From positions 1-60,611 of the forward strand of contig JAPLLW010000012.1 in assembly GCA_026387355.1 (NCBI GenBank): a stretch of DNA of 60,611 nucleotides, written 5' to 3'. Made by a program: the position numbers and the translations under genes. This DNA is from Candidatus Omnitrophota bacterium (GTDB lineage: Bacteria > Omnitrophota > Gorgyraeia > Gygaellales > Profunditerraquicolaceae). Below the pieces are notes generated by a model that searched no databases, was not told the DNA's origin, and saw only the letters and a program-made list of their open reading frames with translations. The stretch's first letter is position 1; every line of letters starts with the position of its first letter. Shown here piece by piece: positions 44,221 to 54,316 of the stretch.

Positions 44221-44244
44221 ATCCGTTCATATTCTCTAAAAGAG

Positions 44245-45687
44245 ATGATTAAATTCACGCTAGAAGATAAGGCTATGCTTAAAAAGATTAACGAATTCTC
44301 TAAATCCAGGCGCATAAAGCTGTATTTGGTAGGAGGGGCTCTGCGCGATTTGTATCTGGGGAGAACGAAAAAGAATCCTGATTTTGATTTTGCCATTAAG
44401 AGGCAAGCGATTAGCTTTGGCAGGACCTTGGCTAAGTATCTGCATGCGGGGTTTGTGGTTCTGGATAAAGAGCGCGGCGCATGCCGCGTAGTGAAGAAGG
44501 CAGAAGATAAAATCTATACTTTTGATTTATCGGATTTCCGCGGGAAAACCTTAGAGGATGATCTTAAGCATCGCGATTTTAGCATTAATTCCATGGCGTT
44601 GGAACTAGAAAAGGTCTTTAGTAGTAGAGATTTAGAAGCAAATCTGATCGATTTATACGGGGCAAGGAGAGATTTAGGTTTAAAGATAATAAGGGTAATA
44701 AATAATAAGTCATTCCGTGAAGATCCTTTGCGTATTTTACGCGCTTTTAGTTTTGCTTCTTTATTAGGTTTTGAGATTGAGAAGAATACTTTGAAATTGG
44801 CAAAATTAGAAAAGGCAAATTTAAGCAAAGTTTCTTTTGAGCGCATACGGGATGAATTATTTAAGATATTCGATAGTGATAGAACCTTTGCTTGTTTTGT
44901 GGCCTTGGATAAACTAAAGATTCTAGAGATAATTTTCCCGGAAATAAGGAGAATGCGTAGGATCGGGCAGGGGCCGTATCATCATTTGGATGTCTGGCAG
45001 CATACTTTAGAGACTATTCGCCAGCTTGATTTATTGCTCGCCTCTTTAAAAGACAAAGAGATAAAAAGTTATCTTGATATAGCAATTTCTTCGGATAGAC
45101 AACGCAGAAGTTTATTGAAATTAGGCGTATTTCTGCATGACTTTGGTAAACCAAAGACCTTACGTCGCGAAAAGGGAAGGACAACTTTTCATGGCCATGA
45201 AAGAGCAGGGCTAATGTTCAGCGATGATATCGCGCGAAGGCTCAAGCTTTCTAACGACGAAAAGTATTCTTTGCATAAAATGGTTTTGTGGCATCTGCGA
45301 CCGGGATATTTAGCTGATTCTATGCGTCCGACCCCGCGGGCAAAATTCCGTTATTTCCGCGATGCCGGATGCGAGGCCTTAAGCATACTTTTGTTATCAT
45401 TGGCTGACCAGCGTGCGACCAAGGGCCCGTTAACTACCGCTAAGGCTCGCCTGCAGCATGAACGGGTAGTTAGCAGTTTAATAAAGGAATACCTTAAGAA
45501 GGATAAAGAGGTAAAACATGCGCGTCTTGTTAACGGAAACCAGATAATGCAGGAGTTTAAATTATCTCCCTCGCCGCTAATCGGAGAGATCCTTTCGGAG
45601 CTTGATGAATTGCAGGCCATCGGTAAGATTAAGACAAGTAAACAAGCTTTTCAAGCAGCGGTTAAATATATTAAGAAAGTTAAATGA
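44245..45687 (+). CDS. cca: tRNA nucleotidyltransferase (CCA-adding enzyme/poly(A) polymerase family) with HD domain
   Basis: YLVGGALRDLYLGR, DFDF, RDFSINSMA, EDPLRILRA and LHDFGKP (HD) motifs. Confidence 0.85.
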   Translation: MIKFTLEDKAMLKKINEFSKSRRIKLYLVGGALRDLYLGRTKKNPDFDFAIKRQAISFGRTLAKYLHAGFVVLDKERGACRVVKKAEDKIYTFDLSDFRGKTLEDDLKHRDFSINSMALELEKVFSSRDLEANLIDLYGARRDLGLKIIRVINNKSFREDPLRILRAFSFASLLGFEIEKNTLKLAKLEKANLSKVSFERIRDELFKIFDSDRTFACFVALDKLKILEIIFPEIRRMRRIGQGPYHHLDVWQHTLETIRQLDLLLASLKDKEIKSYLDIAISSDRQRRSLLKLGVFLHDFGKPKTLRREKGRTTFHGHERAGLMFSDDIARRLKLSNDEKYSLHKMVLWHLRPGYLADSMRPTPRAKFRYFRDAGCEALSILLLSLADQRATKGPLTTAKARLQHERVVSSLIKEYLKKDKEVKHARLVNGNQIMQEFKLSPSPLIGEILSELDELQAIGKIKTSKQAFQAAVKYIKKVK

Positions 45688-48230
45688 AGAAGATAATCAT
45701 TATAGTATTTATCTGTTTCGTAATTTTGATTACCGGCGGAGTTTTCTATTTAAACCAGGTTTACCTCCCCAAAACAATTAAGGCCCTGATCATTAAAGGG
45801 ATTGAAGAGCAAACTAATACCAAAGTTAGCCTAGATTCTGTTAAGGTTAATTTATTAAAAGGTTTAGTTTTAAAGAATCTTGTCCTTTCCTATAATCAAA
45901 CCTCAATTATTAATGTGAAAGAGGCATCCTGCATAATCTTGCCTTGGGCTATTTTACAGAAAAAGATTATTATCCCTAATATAAGCTTGAATTCAGCGCA
46001 GCTATATATTGAAAGGAAGGCAGACGGGGTCTTTAATCTCCAGGATCTATTTCATGCTAAAGAGTCTCCTGCGCAGGCCAAGGAGCCAATTATAGCTTCA
46101 ACAGTTCCTTCTGGAGCGGGGGAATTAGCAGTAGCTCCTGCTGCAGTTGTTACTGCCACTCCGGGATTCAGTATATCTATTTACAGGATAAAATTAGCTA
46201 ATTCCAGGATAATCTTTAAAGACAATACTTTTAAAGAACCTTTTATCAAGAATATCGATAATCTTAATCTGGTTATGTATCTGTCTTTACCGCAGCTGAT
46301 TAAATTCAAGCTTTCCGCGCAAGTTGTGTCAAATCCTGTATCAAACTTGTCCGCATACGGTGAATTTAAAATACCTGCCCAGGAGTTGAATGCAAAAATA
46401 TCCATTCAGAATATCCCTCCCAAAGACTACGCTGGTTATTACAAAGATTCAGGGTTGAATATCAGTGAAGGCTTACTCAGCGCATTAATTGATCTTAAGC
46501 TAAAAGACAATCTAATTACTTCTGAAAGTCAGGTGCAGGCTAAGGATTTTGCAATTGTAAAAGATACGATTACAATTAAGTCAAACTTAGATGCAAAAGT
46601 TACATTAGGCTATAATTTAGAAGATAAAGTACTAAGATATTCAGGAATCGCCAATCTCTCTAATGCCGAAGTCTTAGGAATAGATACAATTGATAAAATA
46701 AGCAATATAAGTTCTCAAGTTAATTTTGATAACTCCGGTTTAAGTACGGAAAAGTTAACTGCCAATGTTCTCGGGCTACCTCTTCAAGGTAAGTTGAAAT
46801 TAAGTAACTTTAGCGATCCCGTATTTAGTCTTGGGGCTATAACTAGCTTGAGTCTTGTTTCTCTGCAGGGTATATTAAAAGATAAATTCAATGTAATTTT
46901 GCCTGGAAAACTCTCTGGAAACGCAAATCTATCTATTTCAGTTACAGGTAAGCTTGCCGAGACTGATAAGCTTAATATAATCGGTAATCTCGATTTTCTA
47001 AACGCCGGATTAAAATTAGACAAACTTGATTCTCCTGTTCAAGATATTAACGGCAGGATAGCTTTTACTATGGATCAGGCTCAGTGGCAGGATTTAAGTT
47101 TTAGATTTCAGGAGCTAGTCTACAAAACAACGGGAGGATTAAATAATTTTAAATCTCCGCTTTTAGATTTTAGCTTAGGCTCCAAGGAGCTTACCTTAAA
47201 TACAAAATTTACTGTTAATGATAAGCTAATAAGCGTAACTAATTGTAGCGGTCGTTATCTTGCTTCCGATTTTGCAATTAAGGGCAGTATCGATACTACA
47301 TCAACCCCTGAGTCCTTACTTGATTTAAGCGGGAGTTTGTTTATTGATTTAAGTGATTTGCGTAAGTTGTTAAGTAAATTTAAAGATCAATTGGATAAGA
47401 TTAGCCCTCAGGGTAAAGTTCATGTGCAATTTAATTTATTAGGCAAGGCTAGCGATATACAGAATTGTGCTATTGAAGCCAAGATTTCTTCTGACGATAT
47501 TTCGTTATATGGTTTTAAAGGTAAGGATATGTCCATTAGTTATGTACAAAAAGATAAGATTATCGATATTCCTTTTATCCGCCTTTCTTTATATGGCGGT
47601 GTACTCAATGCTGCTTTTAAATCAAATTTACAATCTAAGAACTGCCCATATTGGTTTAATATTGTTATACAGGGAGTTGATATTAATGAATTAAAGCTCG
47701 ATACTCCGGCTAAAGATAAAGATGTTGCAGGGATTATCCATGGGGAATTCAAGGCTAGTGGTTTCTTGGGAGATATTTATAACTCAGAAGGCGCAGGTAC
47801 AGCATCAATTACCAAGGGTAAGCTTTGGGAACTGGATTTATTTAAAGGGTTGGGCAAGCTTATGTTTACTCAAGATTTCACAAACATTGTATTCTATGAA
47901 GGTAGCTGCGCATTTATTATGCGAGACAAATATATCTCAACCGAAAACCTGGAGATGAAAAGTAATATGGTTAATCTTTCGGGGCCGGTGAAAATAGGCC
48001 TAGACGCTTCCATTAATGCTGTTCTTAATGTAGATATGGTCAATGAGCTTGCTCCTTTGACCGGCACCTTTAAAGATGTGACTAAATCAATATTGGGTCA
48101 AACGAATCAATTCGCGGTGATTAAGCTTAGTGGTACACTCAAAGACCCAAAATATAAATTCGAGGCACAAGTAGGTAATATTATAAAGGGACTGACTGAT
48201 ATTTTCTTCAAGAAAAAAAATAGTGACTGA
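45684..48230 (+). CDS. AsmA/DUF748-like envelope biogenesis protein
   Basis: N-terminal TM anchor then about 800 aa of Ser/Asn/Leu-rich predicted beta-rich repeats. The N-terminal LPKTIKALI..LDSVKVNLLKGLVLKNL resembles the AsmA family. Confidence 0.6.
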   Translation: MKKIIIIVFICFVILITGGVFYLNQVYLPKTIKALIIKGIEEQTNTKVSLDSVKVNLLKGLVLKNLVLSYNQTSIINVKEASCIILPWAILQKKIIIPNISLNSAQLYIERKADGVFNLQDLFHAKESPAQAKEPIIASTVPSGAGELAVAPAAVVTATPGFSISIYRIKLANSRIIFKDNTFKEPFIKNIDNLNLVMYLSLPQLIKFKLSAQVVSNPVSNLSAYGEFKIPAQELNAKISIQNIPPKDYAGYYKDSGLNISEGLLSALIDLKLKDNLITSESQVQAKDFAIVKDTITIKSNLDAKVTLGYNLEDKVLRYSGIANLSNAEVLGIDTIDKISNISSQVNFDNSGLSTEKLTANVLGLPLQGKLKLSNFSDPVFSLGAITSLSLVSLQGILKDKFNVILPGKLSGNANLSISVTGKLAETDKLNIIGNLDFLNAGLKLDKLDSPVQDINGRIAFTMDQAQWQDLSFRFQELVYKTTGGLNNFKSPLLDFSLGSKELTLNTKFTVNDKLISVTNCSGRYLASDFAIKGSIDTTSTPESLLDLSGSLFIDLSDLRKLLSKFKDQLDKISPQGKVHVQFNLLGKASDIQNCAIEAKISSDDISLYGFKGKDMSISYVQKDKIIDIPFIRLSLYGGVLNAAFKSNLQSKNCPYWFNIVIQGVDINELKLDTPAKDKDVAGIIHGEFKASGFLGDIYNSEGAGTASITKGKLWELDLFKGLGKLMFTQDFTNIVFYEGSCAFIMRDKYISTENLEMKSNMVNLSGPVKIGLDASINAVLNVDMVNELAPLTGTFKDVTKSILGQTNQFAVIKLSGTLKDPKYKFEAQVGNIIKGLTDIFFKKKNSD

Positions 48231-48870
48231 AGTCTTAAAAACATTAAAATTAATTTGCGAACAAGTAAAAAACTACAAGACGCCTTCAGTTACAGTAGTT
48301 TCATATAATAAAGATCCCTATCAAGTTTTAGTCTCATGTATTTTAAGTCTACGCACTAAAGATAAAACTACCATTGAGGCCTCAAACAGATTATTTAAGA
48401 TTGCAGATAACCCTAAGGGTATGCTAAAATTATCTAATAGTAGGATAGCTCAGATAATTTATCCGGTAGGTTTTTATCGCAACAAAGCAAAAGTAATTCT
48501 AAGCTTAAGCGATAGGATTATTAAAGAGTTTAAGGGAAAAGTCCCTAATAATATTGAAGAGCTATTGTCGTTCAAGGGAGTGGGGAGAAAGACAGCAAAT
48601 TTAGTATTAGGACTAGGTTTCAATATTCCGGCAATCTGTGTGGATACGCATGTGCATAGGATTTCAAACCGCTTGGGTTGGGTTCAGACAAAAAACCCGC
48701 AAGAGACAGAAGTTGCATTAGAAAGAATTATACCCAAAAGGTTATGGATAGAATTAAATACTATATTGGTAGGTTTTGGCCAGAATTTATGTCTACCGGT
48801 TTCGCCATTTTGCAGCAGGTGTTTGGTATTTAAATTTTGTAAACGCAGAAGAGTTTTAAGCCGGCGTTAA
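48223..48870 (+). CDS. nth: Endonuclease III
   Basis: ILSLRTKD, the HhH-GPD segment FKGVGRKTANLVL, VDTHVHR, and the C-terminal CxxxxxxCxxCxxxxxC cluster (CLPVSPFCSRCLVFKFC). Confidence 0.9.
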   Translation: MTEVLKTLKLICEQVKNYKTPSVTVVSYNKDPYQVLVSCILSLRTKDKTTIEASNRLFKIADNPKGMLKLSNSRIAQIIYPVGFYRNKAKVILSLSDRIIKEFKGKVPNNIEELLSFKGVGRKTANLVLGLGFNIPAICVDTHVHRISNRLGWVQTKNPQETEVALERIIPKRLWIELNTILVGFGQNLCLPVSPFCSRCLVFKFCKRRRVLSRR

Positions 48871-48907
48871 GAATCATAATAGAGGAGCATAAAAAGAGTC
48901 TGAATAT

Positions 48908-49591
48908 ATGAAGATAATTCTTTGTTTATTATTTATTTTTTCTTTTACTCTTGCTTGCGCCGATACCTTGTATCTTAAAAATGGACGTAGTATCGAAGGA
49001 ATTATTGTGCGCGAAGATGATGCAACTATTGAGTTAGAGGTAGGTTCAGGCTCGGTAAGATTCTTTAAGAAAGAGATTGAAAGGATCGCGAAAGATTCTA
49101 CTCAAGACTCAAGCTCTATGCGTCGCAAGTGGGATGAACAAAAGAAAAAGATGCAGGACAGGATTGTTAAGCAGCAGCTTGAGGACGAGGCTAAGCCGCG
49201 CTCTATAGATTTCTCGCGTGATTCTCAGGGTATATTCTTAAAAGTTTTGCTAGATGGTAAAGTTGAAACGAGGATGCTTCTGGATACCGGGGCAACAACC
49301 ATGCTTATTACCATGGATGTAGCGGATAAATTAAGGATCAGGCTGAATAATTTTCAACCGGATATGAAGGTGCAGGTAGCCGATGGCCGCGTGATTAATG
49401 CAAAGCGTTTAATAATTGACAGGGTAAAAGTTGAAGGGGTTGAGGCGAGGAATGTAGAGGCCGCGGTTTTGCTTGATAATACAGACGATCTTGGTTTTGG
49501 CGATGGACTGCTAGGAATGTCGTTCTTGAAGAATTATAATTTTAAGATTGACCAGAAAGAGAGAAAATTAATTTTGGAGAAATATCGATGA
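48908..49591 (+). CDS. Secreted retropepsin-like (clan AA) aspartic protease
   Basis: Signal peptide, [12 protein letters not shown] (D-T/S-G) and GLLGMSFL motifs. The N-terminal [17 protein letters not shown] motif is shared with the 7733 protein. Confidence 0.75.
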   Translation: MKIILCLLFIFSFTLACADTLYLKNGRSIEGIIVREDDATIELEVGSGSVRFFKKEIERIAKDSTQDSSSMRRKWDEQKKKMQDRIVKQQLEDEAKPRSIDFSRDSQGIFLKVLLDGKVETRMLLDTGATTMLITMDVADKLRIRLNNFQPDMKVQVADGRVINAKRLIIDRVKVEGVEARNVEAAVLLDNTDDLGFGDGLLGMSFLKNYNFKIDQKERKLILEKYR

Positions 49592-50004
49592 AATCATATC
49601 GCCAGCGCTTAGAGTTTAATACAAGGGATAGACAAGAGTTTATTAATATTACATCTCAGGTTGAAGAGGTTTTAGCAAAAAGCGGAATAAAAGAGGGTTT
49701 ATGTTTAGTGAATGCTATGCATATTACTGCTAGTGTCTTCATAAATGACGATGAGGGTGGTTTGCATCGTGATTTTTCCGCTTGGCTTGAGAAGTTAGCA
49801 CCTTATGGCAAAGAGAAGTATCAGCATAATTTAAGTGGTGAAGATAATGGGGATAGTCATTTAAAACGAACGATTATGGGGCGCGAAGTAGTAGTGGCTG
49901 TTACGAATGGTAAGCTTGATTTTGGCCCCTGGGAGCAGATCTTTTACGGTGAATTCGACGGAAAACGTAAAAAAAGTGTTTTAATGAAAATAATCGGTGA
50001 TTAA
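49588..50004 (+). CDS. YjbQ/UPF0047 family protein (secondary thiamine-phosphate synthase)
   Basis: [22 protein letters not shown] and [13 protein letters not shown] motifs. Confidence 0.8.
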   Translation: MKSYRQRLEFNTRDRQEFINITSQVEEVLAKSGIKEGLCLVNAMHITASVFINDDEGGLHRDFSAWLEKLAPYGKEKYQHNLSGEDNGDSHLKRTIMGREVVVAVTNGKLDFGPWEQIFYGEFDGKRKKSVLMKIIGD

Positions 50005-50042
50005 CGGGCAGACGTTAATCAAATTTTCTTAATGGAGATATT

Positions 50043-51008
50043 GTGAGAATCAAAGATACCGAGATTAAAGTTGTAATGGGAGATATCACTGAACTAAAGG
50101 CTGATGCGATTGTGAATGCAGCAAATAATAAGGGCCTTATGGGCGCAGGTGTTGCCGGCGCAATTAAGAAAAAGGCCGGTAAGATAGTAGAAGAAGAGGC
50201 GGTAAAGAAGTGTCCTATAAATATAGGGGAGGCAACTTTTACTACTGCTGGTGCGCTAAAGGCTAAATACGTGATCCATGCGGCTACCATGGATATGAGT
50301 TTTAAGACTGACGAGATAAAGATACGCAATTCGTGCCGAAATTCGTTAAGGGTTGCGGATAAGCTAGGTATAGAATCAATGGTTTTCCCTGCCCTGGGTT
50401 GTGGTACCGGCGGTTTTCCTCTATTGGCTTCGGCAAAGATTATGGCCCAGGAGGTTTTGAAGCATTTGCGTGAGGAGGATACATCACTGAAAGAGATCAC
50501 CTTTTGTCTTTATGGCCAAGAGGCTTTTGTAGCTTTTAACAAAGGCGTATTAGGTTACCTGGAATACGTAACCACAAAATTGTCAGGCGGGCCATATGTT
50601 ACGGTTGATGCGATTATTGAATTACCGGAAGGAATTGTTCTTATAGAAAGAAGCAACCCGCCTTTTGGCTGGGCATTACCGGGTGGTTTTGTGGATTACG
50701 GCGAAAGTTTAGAGGATGCCGTTATCAGGGAAGCAAAAGAAGAGACTGGATTAAATATAACCGACCTGCAACAATTTCATACTTATTCTAACCCCAAGCG
50801 CGATCCGCGTTTTCATACTATCGGGACTGTCTTTACTGCTAAATCTAAGGGGGAGCCTAAAGCAGGAGATGATGCGGTAGGGATAAAAGTGGTTAAATTA
50901 GAAGAAGTTACGAAATTAAGCCTTGTTTTTGACCACAAAGATATTCTACAGGATTATAAAAAAAGGGGTCAGAATTATTTTTCAGTCATATCTAATAAAG
51001 AAAAATAA
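50043..51008 (+). CDS. Macro domain-NUDIX hydrolase fusion (ADP-ribose processing)
   Basis: The N-terminal half has [29 protein letters not shown] (macro). The C-terminal half has [29 protein letters not shown] (Nudix box). GTG start. Confidence 0.85.
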   Translation: MRIKDTEIKVVMGDITELKADAIVNAANNKGLMGAGVAGAIKKKAGKIVEEEAVKKCPINIGEATFTTAGALKAKYVIHAATMDMSFKTDEIKIRNSCRNSLRVADKLGIESMVFPALGCGTGGFPLLASAKIMAQEVLKHLREEDTSLKEITFCLYGQEAFVAFNKGVLGYLEYVTTKLSGGPYVTVDAIIELPEGIVLIERSNPPFGWALPGGFVDYGESLEDAVIREAKEETGLNITDLQQFHTYSNPKRDPRFHTIGTVFTAKSKGEPKAGDDAVGIKVVKLEEVTKLSLVFDHKDILQDYKKRGQNYFSVISNKEK

Positions 51009-51024
51009 TTCTGACCCCTTTTTT
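50965..51024. terminator. Bidirectional intrinsic terminator (perfect 19-bp inverted repeat)
   Basis: GGGGTCAGAATTATTTTTC (50965-50983) pairs with GAAAAATAATTCTGACCCC (51000-51018). Flanked by A7 upstream and T6 downstream, between convergent genes. Confidence 0.85.
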
Positions 51025-52903
51025 AGCCTTCTCTGAGTTGTTTCTCCGCATCCACCACATCGCGGTTAATTACGCGGATAGTTTCTTTGATTTTGTCTTT
51101 TAACAGGTAGGAAGTTACTTTTGCCTCGGCAATCTCGCGCAGTATCTGCACGCTCATTCTGAAATAGCGCACTACTTCACCTTCATCCGTATCGCTAAAT
51201 CTTAAGGTTTTATCAAAAGTTGTCCCGCGAAGCCAAGCCTCCATCGCTGTGCTCATATGAAAATAGGGGAGTTTGCTAAACGGGTAAATGCGGTACCTTT
51301 CTTCCTTATGTTTTATATCTTCGTATATCTCTTCGCAGGTCCTTTTTATTGAGCGGGTATTTTTTGAAAGGCTTGAAGGGAGGCGTTGGTTTTTGCGCGG
51401 TTCAAAGACCGCAGCAACCGCAACTACGCCTAGTCCGAATTCGTCCAGTTGCTCCATAATTTGCTGGTCATAAAGTTCGGATAAAATTAACTCATAACCA
51501 TAGATGCTTTTGGCAAATATTCCTTTTTGGGTTAAAGAGTTGTTAGCGATATAACCGCACTCTTTAAGTAATTTTAATTTTGCATCAATTAGCCTGAGTG
51601 CTTCTTTCTGTTCATTTTTACGTGATTGGAAATAATGAAGAGAGAGAGGATATATTTTAAATAAATCGTCCTGGTATTTTTCATAAAGATTAAGAATCGT
51701 GGCGTATGAGGTATTCAGCTGGCTTTTTACCTCTTCGGGTTTCCCGTAGATTACCCTCCTAACTTCATCTAACGTAATTCTATTAAGATTAATCCGGCAG
51801 TAGACAAAACCTTCATCGTCAATGCCGCGCCTGCCTGCACGGCCGGCCATCTGATAAAAATCGCGCGTCTTAAGATTCCGAACGTAGCGGCCGTAGAATT
51901 TGCGCAGCTCGTCAAATATAACCGATCGGCTAGGCATATTAATACCTAAGGCAAATGTCTCAGTTGTAAAAATAACCTTTAAAAGGCGGCTGGTAAAAAG
52001 TCTCTCAATTACTTCTTTTAGAGTAGGAAGCATGCCAGCGTGGTGATAGGCAATCCCGTTTTGAATAAGCTGATAGAGGTTCTGTGCGGTGCGGTCAGAT
52101 TTTAAATCAAAACGCTCGCAGAGTTCCTGGTACATGTTGGTAATCTCGGTTCTTTCCGGCCCGGTTAAAAAATTAAAGTTGGCCAGGTCTTCGGCTAGTT
52201 CTTCCGCGCGCCTGCGTCCAAAAACAAAATAAATACAAGGAAGGTCTTCTTTAGAGCGTAGATAATTAATTAGTCCGTATAATTTATTCGGTTTGGCGAA
52301 TCTTAGCCTGCGGAAATGATCTATTTTATCCGCAACCTCATTTCCCGCCTGAAAAAAGAAGTGCAGGGGGACAGGGCGTTTTTCTTCAATCACAGTTTTT
52401 ACAGGTTTATTATGTATGGATTCGATCCAGGAGGCGAATTCTTTAATGTTCGGGATAGTTGCAGAGAGCCCGAGCAGGTTCATGTGCTTAGGTAGGAATA
52501 TCAAGGATTCTTCCCAGACAGTCCCGCGCTCAGGATTATCGATATAATGGATTTCGTCAAATATAATCCAGGAGTATTTTTTTAGGCTATCAGGCTCATC
52601 CAAGACCTTGTTGCGAAAGATCTCGGTAGTCATGATTAGCACCGGGGCAAAGGCATTTAGAGATACATCACCGGTGAGGATTCCAATCTTGTCTCCGTAT
52701 TTTGCCTGGAAGTCGCGGAATTTCTGGTTTGAGAGTGCTTTGATGGGAGCGGTATAAATTACGCCGATATTCTTCTCAATAGAATCAGTGATGATGTGTT
52801 CGGCAATTGCAGTTTTGCCCGCGCCAGTAGGAGCGGAGACGATTACAGAATGTCCGTTATTGATATGGTCAATAGCTTCTTGTTGGAAACGGTCGTAAAT
52901 CAT
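51023..52903 (-). CDS. Ski2/HelY-like superfamily II DEAD/DEAH-box helicase
   Basis: SAPTGAGKT (motif I), FDEIHY (II), LSATIPN (III), YHHAGMLP, QMAGRAGRRG (VI), plus a C-terminal Ski2-type extension. Confidence 0.8.
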   Translation of the reverse strand: MIYDRFQQEAIDHINNGHSVIVSAPTGAGKTAIAEHIITDSIEKNIGVIYTAPIKALSNQKFRDFQAKYGDKIGILTGDVSLNAFAPVLIMTTEIFRNKVLDEPDSLKKYSWIIFDEIHYIDNPERGTVWEESLIFLPKHMNLLGLSATIPNIKEFASWIESIHNKPVKTVIEEKRPVPLHFFFQAGNEVADKIDHFRRLRFAKPNKLYGLINYLRSKEDLPCIYFVFGRRRAEELAEDLANFNFLTGPERTEITNMYQELCERFDLKSDRTAQNLYQLIQNGIAYHHAGMLPTLKEVIERLFTSRLLKVIFTTETFALGINMPSRSVIFDELRKFYGRYVRNLKTRDFYQMAGRAGRRGIDDEGFVYCRINLNRITLDEVRRVIYGKPEEVKSQLNTSYATILNLYEKYQDDLFKIYPLSLHYFQSRKNEQKEALRLIDAKLKLLKECGYIANNSLTQKGIFAKSIYGYELILSELYDQQIMEQLDEFGLGVVAVAAVFEPRKNQRLPSSLSKNTRSIKRTCEEIYEDIKHKEERYRIYPFSKLPYFHMSTAMEAWLRGTTFDKTLRFSDTDEGEVVRYFRMSVQILREIAEAKVTSYLLKDKIKETIRVINRDVVDAEKQLREG

Positions 52904-52989
52904 TACTCTTATTATAAAAGAAAATCCCTTAACCGCAATATAATAATTTTGTTAATTCATGAATAGGAAGTAATTAGTTTGGGTTTTAT

Positions 52990-53086
52990 AGCGGGTGACT
53001 GCCGAGACGGTGACCTTGCCCGCGCGCATCCGCCAAGATTTATGGCGGAGAGCACGGGCGAGGTGGATCGGCAGGCAGGACCCGCT
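52990..53086 (+). repeat. GC-rich hairpin repeat, subfamily 2 (copy F, longest)
   Basis: AGCGGGTGACTGCCGAG...CATCCGCCAAGATTTATGGCGGAGAG...CGGCAGGCAGGACCCGCT. Lies in the divergent promoter region between the helicase and the 53161 gene. Confidence 0.85.
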
Positions 53087-53160
53087 TAAATAATTATATA
53101 CTGATAAGTTTTACAATGTAAAATCATTGATTTATCTTATAAAAATAGTAAAATGAATCA

Positions 53161-53712
53161 ATGGGGTATGAGTTAGCCTTGAACAAGGCCTGGGATGATT
53201 TAGCTAAGTTGAATCCCGCTAACAAGTTATCAGTTAAGTTTTTGGCGGATGAATATAGCGTAGATTTACAGGAAAAAAGAGTTTCATCCTTATCCTGCAA
53301 TGTTGCGGCAAAAGATTTTACAAGCATTATTATTCTGCATTATCTTGTGCAGAGATTAAAGGGCCTGCCTAAGCCTAGCGGCGAATGGCTTACCTTTAGG
53401 GAATTCTCAGGGGTAGAAGGTTATTATGAGACTTATCGTAAGCGCTCTATCGAACCAATCATTAGAAAATACGGTAAGAACCCTGAGGGGATTAAGGCGG
53501 CGCTAGAAAGATTACCTGCTAAAAAAGTTGCCACAGGGGATATCGGAATCATTGTTGAGGCTTTTGAGGGGGTCCCGGTTTTAGTTAAGCTTTGGAAAGC
53601 CGATGATGAGTTTGGCCCTGATGCAAATATGTATTTTGATTCGAGCATCACCAGTATATTTTGTACAGAAGATATTATTGTAATCGCCGGATTTGTAGGA
53701 ACCAGTTTGTAA
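53161..53712 (+). CDS. DUF3786-like protein
   Basis: MGYELALNKAWDDLAKL N-terminus and C-terminal ADDEFGPDANMYFDSS..FCTEDI resemble DUF3786 as I recall it. Unverified. Confidence 0.45.
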   Translation: MGYELALNKAWDDLAKLNPANKLSVKFLADEYSVDLQEKRVSSLSCNVAAKDFTSIIILHYLVQRLKGLPKPSGEWLTFREFSGVEGYYETYRKRSIEPIIRKYGKNPEGIKAALERLPAKKVATGDIGIIVEAFEGVPVLVKLWKADDEFGPDANMYFDSSITSIFCTEDIIVIAGFVGTSL

Positions 53713-53724
53713 CGGAGGCCCAAA

Positions 53725-54291
53725 ATGAAATATTTGCGTAGTAGTATTCTTTTCTTTGCCGGATTAATTTTACTTTTAAACCTTAGCGGTTGCAACGAAG
53801 ACGGAATCCCAGGCTTTGACTCTGATAAGGCTAAATTTGTTATACCTATAGGCAGAAGTTATAATTATTCAGATGCCTTAATAAGCCGCGTAGTTGACGG
53901 AGATACGCTTGTGCTTGAAAGCGGAGAGAGGGTGCGTTTAATAGGCATTGATACTCCTGAGCTGCATGAGTCTAATAAGCTCTATAAGGATGCCCAGCGT
54001 ACCAAACAAGATGTCTCTACAATTCAGAAGATGGGTCTTAAGGCTTATGAATTTACCAAGAACCTCGCGGAAGGTAAACGCTGCAGCCTGGAATTTGACG
54101 TAGATAAATATGACAAGTACAAAAGGCTGTTGGCTTATGTTTATCTTAAAGACGGTACTTTTTTAAATGCGCAGATTGTCAAAGAGGGTTACGCTTCATT
54201 AATGACTTATCCGCCGAATGTAAAGTATGCTGATTTATTTTTAAAATTATATCAAGAGGCGCGCGAAAATAAAAGAGGTCTCTGGAAGTAA
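53725..54291 (+). CDS. Thermonuclease (SNase-like) lipoprotein
   Basis: Lipobox LNLSGC. VVDGDTLVLESGERVRLIGIDTPE, YKRLLAYVYL, EGYA and RGLW motifs. Confidence 0.85.
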   Translation: MKYLRSSILFFAGLILLLNLSGCNEDGIPGFDSDKAKFVIPIGRSYNYSDALISRVVDGDTLVLESGERVRLIGIDTPELHESNKLYKDAQRTKQDVSTIQKMGLKAYEFTKNLAEGKRCSLEFDVDKYDKYKRLLAYVYLKDGTFLNAQIVKEGYASLMTYPPNVKYADLFLKLYQEARENKRGLWK

Positions 54292-54316
54292 GTTTGTTTA
54301 TCTTAAGGAGGTAATT

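Noticed and set aside
50015-50500. 161-aa minus-strand ORF
   Set aside because: It is fully antisense to the well-supported macro domain region, and its low-complexity Ala/Ser/Ile composition is typical of shadow ORFs.
48908-54291. Defence-island interpretation (retropepsin-like protease, macro-NUDIX, helicase, nucleases)
   Set aside because: The genes are interleaved with housekeeping genes (yjbQ, aroC) and are not operonic with each other. Each matches a widespread stand-alone family, and I recognise no known defence-system signature.
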